Below are positions 10,780 through 20,000 of a DNA stretch of 20,000 bases, piece by piece (positions within the stretch are counted from its first letter, which is position 1; every line of letters begins with the position of its first letter). The position numbers and the translations under genes are program-made. The stretch comes from Sphaeroforma arctica JP610. Taxonomy: Eukaryota. Under the pieces are notes generated by a model. The model worked only from the letters and a program-made list of their open reading frames with translations. It was not told the origin of the DNA and did no database searches. The stretch lies in the NCBI RefSeq assembly GCF_001186125.1, contig NW_014040269.1, positions 55,694 to 75,693 of the forward strand, in the 5' to 3' direction.

Positions 10780-11150
10780 CACTCTCGGTTTTTCAAAGTC
10801 ATAGACGTAAAATAAAATAAACTTCGTCATTCGAAATTTGCTTTTAGTGCCATGGCAGATGCAAATGGGCATCTTTGATTTCTTTCAGCGAAGCCTGGTT
10901 GGGAAGGTAGAAGCCGAAGTACAAGCAGCCACCGTACCAATAATATGGTTGACCTAAACGCTTTACACTTTTGTCCGGGAGATGGCTGCTTTGGGCATTG
11001 GTAATCAATATTGAAAGGGCTTGCTGTATAGCATCCCATGGGAACTGAGCATTACTTTATAGTTAGACCTGGACTCGTAGTAGGAGACCTGCTATATCAT
11101 AATAACGCAAATTCCCAAAGAATTTGGTGCCCTCTGAACTCGAATATGTA
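10780..11150 (-). pseudogene. Possible decayed Ty3/Gypsy RT thumb/connection fragment
   Basis: The minus strand reads KFFGNLRYYDIAG...SNAQFPWDAIQQALSILITNAQSSHLPD, similar to the FLG..YY...IA..L....F.W...Q.AF..L...L.LPD pattern. Contains stops. Confidence 0.35.
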
Positions 11151-11194
11151 GGCACAATAACCGATTGTATAGTAAATATATCATCACTATGGTG

Positions 11195-11418
11195 TGTAAC
11201 TTATGCATACTTCTGACATACAAATAACTTGTACATGCTTCTGACACACATGTAACTTGTACATACTTCTGACATGCATGTAACTTGTACATACTTCTGA
11301 CATACATGTAACTTGTACATACTTATGACATACATGTAGCTTATACATACCTCTAACACACATGTAACTCATGCATACTTCTGACAAACATGTAACTTAT
11401 GCATACTTCTGATATACA
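11195..11418. repeat. 28-bp minisatellite, 8 copies (TGTAACTTGTACATACTTCTGACATACA)
   Basis: Units start at 11195, 11223, 11251, 11279, 11307, 11335, 11363 and 11391, with no spacers. Confidence 0.97.
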
Positions 11419-11954
11419 TCTGGCATGCATTTATCTGACTGCTATGCATAGCGTGCTATGTATATTTGATATAATTTTGGAATATGCTGGGAGCGAGCGC
11501 TAGCGAGATATTTTGATTTATTTGATGGAGGCAAAGGGAAGTAAATGAGGGCCGTTTGTAGGGTGTAGCCCTTCTCACTTTTTTGACACGTCAGATATTT
11601 GTGACATGTCTGTGAACGTCAAATCCTCTTGTCATTTATTGTGTGTTTACAGTATTTCAGGACAAACCTAGTTTTATTTTTTAGGTCGTAACCCCCAACC
11701 GGGTTTCTCTTTCGCCTCGCACAGGGGTCATATTTGCCCCATGTGCACGACGACTGGTTTATTATAAAAAGGTTGTCTATATGAAATAAGCAAAACAGTC
11801 AATGAGAAAGTTGGTTGATAGGCAGATACCTATATAGGCTATAGGCCTTTTTATTGACACTCTATCAAATTCTACATCATGCTTTCTAGCTTATGATTCC
11901 TACGATTATATGATCGAGCTTGAAGAAGAGGCTTTAACATCGATCACTGGCTTG

Positions 11955-12512
11955 CCGGACTGGACATGGCTACGACATCCACCAGTAAGACAGATCTATC
12001 CAAGATGATCTACGTTCCCATCAACGATGTCGTAGATGAATCATACGAGAAAGTTCGGTAGACTCTGAAGAAAAACTGGACATCGGCTCAGGCGGCATTT
12101 GTCAAAGAAACTGATTGCATCGACATTCTAAAGTCTCTTGACCAATACTACGAAGCTAAAAATATTACTGTAGGTACGATTTGTATCTCTCTACGCCTGC
12201 AGCTCGCACCAACCATCCGCGTGGTATACCCTTGGGTCCTTTGAATCTTCTCGAGTGACGCTTTAAACGCCAGTTTAAGAATACATATTGATGGTACTCT
12301 TCTCCGTACTCTCTCACGGATGCAGGGTGAGTCTCTGTGCAGCTGGTCTCGCCGAGTCGAAGATATTCTCCTCTGGGCGAAAATCCAAGGCACTACGTTC
12401 TACCTTATTTATTGACGACCTGGCCGTCGCTGACAAGCAGCAGAACAAGAACCTGTATCTTATGTCATTCAAGTCACAAGATGACATCACCATTTATCAC
12501 ATGGCGGACTAA
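11955..12512 (+). pseudogene. Degenerate retrotransposon gag (capsid-like) fragment
   Basis: One long frame with two internal stops: ..KKNWTSAQAAFVKETDCIDILKSLDQYYEAKNI..LRTLSRMQGESLCSWSRRVEDILLWAKI, then a frameshift to LFIDDL. QGES..W.RR is typical of the gag major-homology-like region. Confidence 0.5.
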
Positions 12513-12600
12513 CTACTCCCACGGTGGGTTCACCTATGCATTCACTTCATACGCCCACTTCTGTAGGAGCGCATTCTGTTCTTTGGTATAGTATTTATCT
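12510..12600 (-). pseudogene. Integrase N-terminal zinc-binding stub (H..H.G), truncated
   Basis: GRMK*MHR*THRG lies downstream of RNase H. The sequence then switches to the opposite-strand gag relic. Confidence 0.45.
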
Positions 12601-12789
12601 GTGTGTGCATTGTGTGCCGATGCAAACAGATCTACGGTGAGTTTTCCAAACCATCTTTCAGCTTTAGCATTCAGTATATAGCTTTATGGTTATAAGAATG
12701 TTAGTTTCCAAGGCGGTGTCCTCTTGGCTGTTATGTGTTGTTTTGTTCGCGTCTTGCAATACCTCTGAAGTTTTAGTATTAAACGTGTC

Positions 12790-13217
12790 TTCGTGTATAC
12801 GCGACTACATATCTGCCATCTGGTTGTCCTTGCCTGGGACGTGTATGATGGAGAAATGGTGGTGGAATATTTTTGCTATCCATTTGGTTAACATTGGGTG
12901 TAACGTCTGTTGGCTGTTCATTTGCGTGAGCGCTTTATGATCCGTCCATAGAGTTATGTCCCCTCATTTGATGTATTCGGAGAAATGTTCCAGACTGTAT
13001 ACCAGTGCTAGCAGCTCTTTAGTGTTTTGTCATAGCGTTGTTGTGCTGGATTCATGCCTTTGGAAAAGTAGAGAATGTCTCTTCTGACCCCATTGATGAC
13101 TTGAAATAAACATCCTCCTATGCTATAGACACTAACATCGTTCATGATTTGAAACTGTACCCCATCAACATGGTATACTTGTGTCGCCGAACATGCGATG
13201 GCTTCTTTGAGTTCTAC
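12790..13217 (-). pseudogene. Ty3/Gypsy RNase H domain (disrupted)
   Basis: FQIMNDVSVYSIGGCLFQ..ILYFSKGMNPAQQRY, a frameshift, then KELLALVYSLEHF..LWTDHKAL..HVPGKDNQMADM*SR. Confidence 0.92.
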
Positions 13218-14150
13218 CTACTTCTTTCTGAGTTCCGGAGTCCATAACATGAATAAGTTCTGGTCCATTTTCCCTTTCATTAGGTTCCGGAAGTGTTTAG
13301 TTGTGTAGGCAAAGTTGGGGACATAGTCGCGCATATAGTTCGCGAGTCCCACCACTTTGTGCAGATCTCTTTTTGTTCTGGGCAGTGGCCAGTCCATCAT
13401 CCTTTTCTGTTTTTCAGAATTTGCTTTGAGTCCCTTTGTAGTGACTTTCACCCCCAGAATGTCGACCACTTTGACCGCGAATGCACACTTGTTGTGATTG
13501 AGTTGGAAGTTTGCTCCATTCAGTCGCTTGATTACTTCACGAACTGTCTTGCGGTGTTCTTCTTCTGTACGACTCGCAACGACTATGTCATCTACATACA
13601 CTTGCACACCTTTGATGTCTATGAGCAAGTTTGCCATGACTCTCTGGAACTGTGCTATGAGTACGACTCGCAACGACTATGTCAGCTACATACATTTGCA
13701 CACCTTTGATGTCTATGAGCAAGTTTGCCATGACTCTCTGGAACTGTGCTATGAGTGAGTGTAGTCCAAATGACGCTGACTTGAATGATTATTGCGCTCC
13801 TCTCCACGAGAATGTAAAGAAGTGTTGGCTTGCTTCGTCTACTAGAAAGTAGTGGAACCCTCCCGTGAGATCTAGCTTTGAGAAGAATTGTGCTTCTTGT
13901 ACTTCCTTTTTTTGGTAGTACGAATTTATCTTGTTCATATTAGTAATTTATCTCGCGTAAGTCTAAACATGTTCTTACTTTTAAGGAGACCTGTTTGGTC
14001 ATGTTCACCTGTTAATAACAATTGTAGGTTCACCGTTGTCGGTGGGGTTCGTTTGTATGTGACCATCTGTAAACCACCTTTGTACGTTTGTACGTTTTCA
14101 TCCGTTTACGGAATATCCTTGTGAGGTACAAAGTCTTTGGCGTGCCTCAT
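13218..14150 (-). pseudogene. Ty3/Gypsy reverse transcriptase (disrupted)
   Basis: VRTCLDLREIN..DKFVLP; FFSKLDLTGGFH; SFGLHSLIAQFQR; VYVDDIVV; KCAFAVKVVDILG; VVGLANYMRDYVPNFA; WTPE. Confidence 0.96.
13567..13754. repeat. 94-bp tandem duplication spanning the RT YVDD motif
   Basis: Copies 13567-13660 and 13661-13754 differ at 2 positions. Confidence 0.97.
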
Positions 14151-14299
14151 TTGTCTGACATTAATTTTTATTTGCTGGTACTGTGACTGTGGAGCCCGGT
14201 AGGTTGCAATGTACGTCAGGAGGTGTGTTTGCATTGGTATCTAAGAGGTCTGCAAGTGACTCTCTGAAACATTCTTGTTCATGCTCAGGATCTTCTTCA

Positions 14300-14660
14300 T
14301 GTGGCGTGAGAAGTGATTCCCATTTGCATCTGTTGGTATAAGTGAATTTGCTATTCCTGTTATGTATATACCTATGTATGGTAGGATGTCCATACCGAGA
14401 AGTATTGGTGCCTTCTTGTCTGGTAGGTCCAACACTTCAAAACACTCAGAGGTTTTCCTTTCTCCACAGTTAACGTCACATACTTGGGTTGACCCTGTTC
14501 TTTGTACTCTGACAGCTGTTTGTGCTAGTTGTAAATAGCCCGGTTGTACTCTGACTGAGAGATATAGTTCAGTTGCTATACTCTTGTCCATACATCGTTG
14601 TGCGCTAGAGTTTATTAGTGCATTTTATGTGTTGCCATTGATTTGTATGTCAATGTGTAG
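14300..14660 (-). pseudogene. Retropepsin-like aspartic protease (catalytic motif decayed)
   Basis: IQINGNT*NALINSSAQRCMDKSIA has NSSA in place of DSGA, and is in frame with PILLGMDIL. Confidence 0.85.
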
Positions 14661-14891
14661 TCGTTGGTCTCGTGGTACGGGAAGAAAAGATAAAGGCTGG
14701 TAATTTATATCATTTACATATTTATTGACAGCGTTTCTTCCTATGTATTTACAATAAGCCTGTCAGCCAGGTCAATCATGTTTGCTTCCGCCCACCAGTC
14801 GTTTCAGTGCTCGTCACCATCTGTGATGACTTCTACCTTGCCGGAGGTAATGGACAATCTTGCTACTTGTACATCGTTCTTGACACGCTCC

Positions 14892-16537
14892 TCAGCCTGC
14901 TTGGGTCTGATTCGATGCCTTCATGGGACATTGACTGAAACGATGTGGGGCTGGCATCACCTGACAATAAGGGTATGCACGCTTCTCGCGCGGCCCTTTC
15001 TTCTCTTGGGCTTGTCCTAATGGTTTGGTTTGCTTAGGTGCACCACTGTCCGGTTTGTGCCGTGTGGTCGTAGTGGTTGTGCTACCCTGAGACAGGCTTT
15101 GGTTGATTGTCTGCGAGATGTGTCGCTTGCGCTCTCTATATAACCGATCTGCCTGCACTTTGGCTGCTGCTCTTATGGTTGCTTCAGTAAAAGTGTGAAA
15201 CGCGGTGTGTTTCATGTCGGATAAATGGCCTTCACCTCAATCAGGCTGTTTGTCTGCCTTGAATATGGCGTCTACTTTCTCCTGTTGTCCATAGTATGTA
15301 AGTGCTTGGTATCTTATGACCTTGAGGATTTGCAAGTGTATATGCTCTTGGTCTGAGTTGCGGTAACGCTCCTCTAACACATGCAATCGCTCTGTGCGCA
15401 TCTCTACGTTTTTAGGCTTTGGTTGATTGTCTGCGAGATGTGTCGCTTGCGCTCTCTATATAACCGATCTGCCTGCACTTTGGCTGCTGCTCTTATGGTT
15501 GCTTCAGTAAGAGTGTGAAGCGCGGTGTGTTTCATATCGGATAAATGGCCTTCACCTCAATCAGGCTGTTTGTCTGCCTTGAATATGGCGTCTACTTTCT
15601 CCTGTTGTCCATAGTATGTAAGTGCTTGGTATCTTATGACCTTGAGGATTTGCAAGTGTATAGGCTCTTGGTCTGAGTTGCGGTAACGCGCCTCTAACAC
15701 ATGCAATCGCTCTGTGCGAATCTCTACGTTCAGTGTCTTATTCTACATGTCACTTAGAAACTTCTCTGACAGATAGTCTACTGGATGGTGTCTGAGTCTG
15801 TCAATATTGATTCTATTGAATTGATCAGAATCCTTGTAGTGCTTGGTCATATGTGTTTCAGAGTTTGAGCACTGCCTTGGTCTTCTCCGTTGCATCATGG
15901 AGTATAGTAGATATCTCACTAGCGCTGGGTACTGACATGGTGGCATAGACTTGGCTAATAATAGGTGTCTACATTGTGTAGTTAACTCTATGATATCTTC
16001 ACGATTTTCTATTTCGAAATAACTGTCTCTAGGTAACTTCGGAAATTCGGAGGTTTTTAGTAGGTTGAGTGCAGGCTCATTGACCCTATCGCCTAAGCGT
16101 GAACGCATGCGTTCGAACTCACTAATGTACTGACTGATTTGAATAAGTTCATCTTCATCATCGTCGCTGCACTCATTGATGGCTAGATCGTATCTCCTTC
16201 TGAGTTCTGTATCGACGATTGGCATGTGTCATTCTGGTTGTTGGTCATGAATGCCTACTCTCAACTTGTGTAGAGTTGGGATAGGCACCGGATATGCACC
16301 GGTGCTGTTGTTCCAATTGGATAAAAACTTACTAACCAGGACGTGGTCGCCTTGACAGATGCTCTTATATTTTTCTAGACGCATTGCTGAGGCTTGTATG
16401 GATACCCCCCCCCCCTGGTATTGGCTGGCTTGAGCCACTGTCTGGGCTCGGCCCCCTGCTAGGCTGTCACCTGCTCCATCCGTGCCCACATCATCTTCTT
16501 CATCACCATACACGCCTGCTCTGGTTGCCGAAGACAT
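14892..16537 (-). pseudogene. Gypsy gag (frameshifted; decayed zinc knuckle)
   Basis: Consecutive minus-strand ORFs 16229-16537, 15743-16225 and 14892-15215 lie upstream of the protease. The C-terminal YPYCQVMPAPHRFSQC resembles a CCHC knuckle with the first Cys lost. Confidence 0.75.
15094..15730. repeat. 317-bp tandem duplication in gag (period 320)
   Basis: Copies 15094-15410 and 15414-15730; about 6 substitutions counted by eye. Confidence 0.97.
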
Positions 16538-16917
16538 CTCGAGATGTCTGTGTTGGTGTGTGAGTATTGCAGATTATTAGTAAAGACTCTTGCTATATTA
16601 TGTGCAAATGCGCGTTTCACCCCCCTTGTCTTTGCTAATTTGTATGAAAATAAATAGAAATTGAATATATCCTTGAGCCACTGTCTGGGCTTGGACCCCC
16701 AGCTGGGCTGTCATGTGCTCCATCCGTGCCAACATCACCTTCTTCACCACCGTACACGCCTGCTCTGGTTGCCGTTGGCATCTTGAGATGTATGTGTTGG
16801 TGTGTGGGTATTGCAGGTTATTAGTAAAGACTCTTGCTATATTCTGTGCGAATGCGCGCTTCACCCCCCCCCCTTGTCTTTGCTAATAATTTGTATGACA
16901 ATAAGTAAAAATTGAAT
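16429..16917. repeat. About 240-bp diverged tandem duplication of the gag leader and start codon
   Basis: Copies 16429-16666 and 16672-16917. They encode MSSATRAGVYGDEEDDVGTDGA and MPTATRAGVYGGEEGDVGTDGA; roughly 85-90% identical by eye. Confidence 0.95.
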
Positions 16918-17172
16918 TTATCTCACTTTATTTTATTGTGTTCGCGCTTTGCTGCACTTCCGTGGGAATTGTTTACCGTTCTGTGTTATGCGGTAGCTTG
17001 TTGCGGTCCTTCTTGTATTTGGGAGGGTTTATTTGGTGTTTGTCAGTCAAGCCTATTTCGTCACGTGTGGACTTGTGTATATTTCGTCATGTGAGAAATT
17101 ATCATCTCATGTGATTTTAATTATGTTTTAGGAGGACATTGGTGCAGTGGTATGATGTTTTTTTTGGGGTTC

Positions 17173-17620
17173 TGACGTCAGGCTTTTTTCTTATTTGAAA
17201 ATCCCCAACATTGAATTAATCAATCACTGTGACAGCTTCCGCAATTTTCACTGGTTCATCCTCCTACTACTTAACAATTCTTCACTGTAACACGATATTT
17301 TCACCTGAGTTGTGAATAACTCCACCCGTGAACACGATACGGTCATGAACATGATACGGTTACCTTGTTTGTGTCTCCTAAGTGACTGTAAGCGAGGAGT
17401 GGCTCCGCTCCGTCTTCACTTCCTCGACTGACTTCTTGTTGTCGTTCTAGTGCGAGGGAGCGGTTTCCTTGGGGCTTCCTCGTCTTTCTTTCTTCCTGTT
17501 TCCCGTGAGTCGGTTAGTAATCCTCAACTGGTGCCTTCTTGGTTCTGTCTCGTCTGAGCCCCTTCTGTGCTTCCACTTATAAAGCTTTTTGCAAGATAGT
17601 AACGTTATCAAGACCCCTGG
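17173..17620 (-). mobile_element. Candidate 5' LTR (partial) of the Gypsy element
   Basis: Lies upstream of gag. The minus strand has TATAAG near 17580 followed by a purine-rich tract, a 17-bp tandem repeat (17329-17362) and a possible ..CA end at 17173. There is no second LTR to confirm it. Confidence 0.3.
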
Positions 17621-17940
17621 CAACTATTTTGATCTCTCACTTAATGTTTGGTAATATACTACGTGAGTTTGCTTTGACTTACCTCAGTAAGGATATTGTA
17701 AAAAAATTGAGAGTATGGAGAGTAGCTGAATAGTACGAGTCAAAGGATAAAATAGACCTCTTCTCAAGTACGGTGATCTCAGTTAGAAAAAAGTCTACAG
17801 TCTGAGAGAACCGAACTGATTGATTTGGGTTTCTACTTCACTAGACTCAGGTTTCTACCTGAGTGATTCTCTCACATGCGGAGTCCCGGTATGGCATAAC
17901 GGTTCTACCGCTAATATTTCTTATGACAATATTAGGAATA

Positions 17941-18340
17941 GAGGAAATACTCTAAATGTACATTGCCTACATGGGAAAGTCAATAAATGTACATACAGAT
18001 TTACGGGTACGTTTTTTAATTACCCAATCGAATTCTCTAAACGCGAGTTTCAATTCTTTTCTTTTTAACCAATATTTAAATCATCGAAGTATACTGAAGA
18101 AGACTACTGTCGTTGGAAACTCTACATTTAATATAAACTTTATTATAAAGAGTAAGAACGGCAGGAATAACTGACTCAGAGGAAAGGCCAGCAGCCAAAC
18201 AAGAGCAGAAACTCTTAGAGAAAATACTCTACATGTACATGGCCTACATGAGAAAGTCACTAAATGTACAAACAGATTTACGGATACGTTTTCTAATTGC
18301 CTAATTAAATTCACTAAATTTGATAATCAATTCCTTTTTC
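17941..18340. repeat. About 120-bp diverged direct repeat (17941-18062 and 18218-18340)
   Basis: GAGGAAATACTCTAAATGTACATTGCCTACATGGGAAAGTCAATAAATGTACATACAGATTTACGG versus GAGAAAATACTCTACATGTACATGGCCTACATGAGAAAGTCACTAAATGTACAAACAGATTTACGG; offset 277 bp. Confidence 0.9.
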
Positions 18341-18763
18341 GAACTTATTTCAAATAAAATTTAAGAATTACATTTAAAGACTTTTTTTTATGTACATTCT
18401 GTGACTTTCCAGTGCTGTAAATATTTTGATGACACCTGGGTTCGACGCAAAAAAAAAAAGGGGCGGTTTTTCTATTTTTGTTAGGTTCAAAATGCCGGTG
18501 GGTGACAACTGACAACCGACTCGCACATCTACAAAATCTTGTACGGATGGGATGTAAAACAAAAATAATAAAGGTACATGTGTATGTAAAAGTACAGGAA
18601 ATGCACACAGCTTCAGCACTTTATACTACAGTTCGATACAATCCATGCTGCACCTATCTACTTCATGATCCGTGCTTTAATATATATACGTATTTACTTT
18701 ATACAATTCTACAGTAATGAGACGCGCGATTTTAGTGAGAGTCTAACAACAGCGAATAAATAC

Positions 18764-18765
<2 letters not shown>

Positions 18766-18801
<36 letters not shown>
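18766..18801. repeat. (GT)n microsatellite
   Basis: Perfect run of about 18 GT units. Confidence 0.98.
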
Positions 18802-18805
<4 letters not shown>

Positions 18806-18840
18806 GGGTGAATTGACCCGATCGAGGAGAGCAGACAGTA

Positions 18841-19750
18841 TTGCATCCCATCCGGCATACTACCAAGGGTCAGACTTGGAAGGGTCTCAATAACTCAGTC
18901 TGCGGTCTATTGCAGAAGGCGTACACCCGTATTGACAAGCTGGTCGTCTACAATCTGTCCCCTGCTGCACATAAGTATTTGGCACATATTTCCACAGGGA
19001 CTCTTCAGTCGCGCATGTCCCTAGTCGAGTCTGCGCTAGCGTTCGCTCAGTCGATATTCCATGCTGAGAAGGTCAAGGAATGGACGGACGCAGCGAACAG
19101 TAGGGCGCATGCACCAATCATTATTGGTGTGGCATCCTCCGGTCGACCGCAGCAACTTCTGCGAGTGCAGCTGTAGTCTGGTTTGCCAAAAGCTTGGACG
19201 GTGTCGCCGCCGAGATAGTGGTGTTAGTGTAGCGGGCGGTGTGAATGGAAGTTAGGTCTAGCTTGACTGTTGCCGTAAAAATACGGCCAGGGCCCAAAAC
19301 CTTAAACCCTAGCTCAGTTCGGGATAGGCCCACTGAGCCGATCACATGATCTCCTGGCCACTGCGCTCAAACGCAGGGGTCAGGCCACCGAACAGAGCGA
19401 CGCCCGCCGCATCCTAAACACTACACCCGACTCCTACTCGCGCCTTATTCGCGCCCAATCCATGTTGCCAACTAAGCCAGCCACCACGCTCTGGGAACGC
19501 CTGCGGGCATCGATCGGGACCTCACGTAATCAAATTGAGACCGCGTCTCTGGAACCGCACTGCCTGCCACCGGATCATCGTCTGCCTCTTGCTGCTGTTG
19601 ACGGCTACTACCCCACGTATCCGCCACTGCTAACAGTGGCGCCTAATTCTTGACTTTATCTGCCCGAAAATTACCCGACCGGGCAAAGGACAACCCTTGA
19701 ATAATCAGGTCAATGCGCGCCAACTGTGTGGCAGGGGCTACCCCAACCCA
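18841..19750 (+). mobile_element. GC-richer coding-like relic, possibly a DIRS/Ngaro-type retroelement gag-RT junction
   Basis: Sharp GC rise, ORF 18841-19176 and a second open frame about 19350-19653. LWERLRASIG...LAAVDGYYPTYPP...NS loosely recalls the pre-RT GRL...W...GY...PP...NS pattern of DIRS pol. No RT core is present. Confidence 0.25.
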
Positions 19751-20000
19751 CGCTGAACGTAAGAGATCCTTCACGTCCGAGGTCATGTCATAGACGACAT
19801 TGTAGAAATACGGCCTCCGGTCAGTCTAAAATATCAAGATCAATTGAGATAATACATTGGTGTTTATTTGTATTTTAAATAATTTAATACAAGCTCTTTT
19901 TCCAATATTTCCAAAGTGTTCTAAATTCACTTTGATGGCTCCAATAGCCTGAATATTTGGTATGATTCATCTACTTGGACCTATTTGAGACATTAGTAGA

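Larger units (their letters stand above)
12510..17170 (-). mobile_element. Defective Ty3/Gypsy LTR retrotransposon, internal region (gag-PR-RT-RNase H-truncated IN)
   Basis: Domain order gag, protease, RT, RNase H, integrase start is diagnostic of Ty3/Gypsy. Many stops and frameshifts. The 3' end is truncated, with no integrase core or 3' LTR found. Confidence 0.93.

Noticed and set aside
11195..11418. 28-bp repeats of CRISPR-like length
   Set aside because: The units are head-to-tail with no unique spacers, there are no cas genes, and the context is eukaryotic.
13293..13758. Plus-strand ORFs of 138 and 86 aa
   Set aside because: They are antisense shadows of the reverse transcriptase region.
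17135..17210. Functional tRNA gene
   Set aside because: It has an A-box-like TGGTGCAGTGG, but no anticodon stem pairing, no B box/T arm, and an internal T8 run that would terminate Pol III.
18094..18160. Second hammerhead-like arrangement CTGAAGA..GAAACTCT..AGAGTA
   Set aside because: Helix III could form, but the helix I strands do not pair and helix II is not adjacent to the core.
18430..18460. GGGTTCGAC B-box-like motif followed by an A run (SINE or tRNA)
   Set aside because: No upstream A box or cloverleaf could be built.
19294..19312. AAAACCTTAAACCCTAG telomere-like sequence
   Set aside because: Only about two imperfect units; compatible with chance.

Overview
Eukaryotic, intron-rich genomic DNA (probably an opisthokont; the gene resembles animal DMXL more than yeast RAV1, which is an inference). 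Bases 1-5391 on the minus strand hold the 5' part of a Rabconnectin-3 alpha/DmX-like (DMXL1/2, RAV1 family) WD40 gene. I reconstructed about 10 exons by hand from GT-AG sites and recalled similarity to DMXL2, including a 25-nt first coding exon. Its 1.5-kb first intron carries a large AT/GT microsatellite with an assembly gap. The remaining ~14.5 kb is mostly decayed mobile DNA: a MITE-like element just upstream of the gene; a possible Penelope-like relic ending in a minimal hammerhead-ribozyme-like motif (7741-7799); gag and pol fragments on both strands; 23-bp and 28-bp minisatellites; and a clear but defective minus-strand Ty3/Gypsy retrotransposon (about 12510-17170). The Gypsy element has three internal tandem duplications, one copying the RT YVDD motif, and a tRNA-Pro 5'-half-like sequence where its primer-binding site could lie. 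A possible DIRS-like fragment sits near the end. All homology calls are from motif recognition, not database searches.
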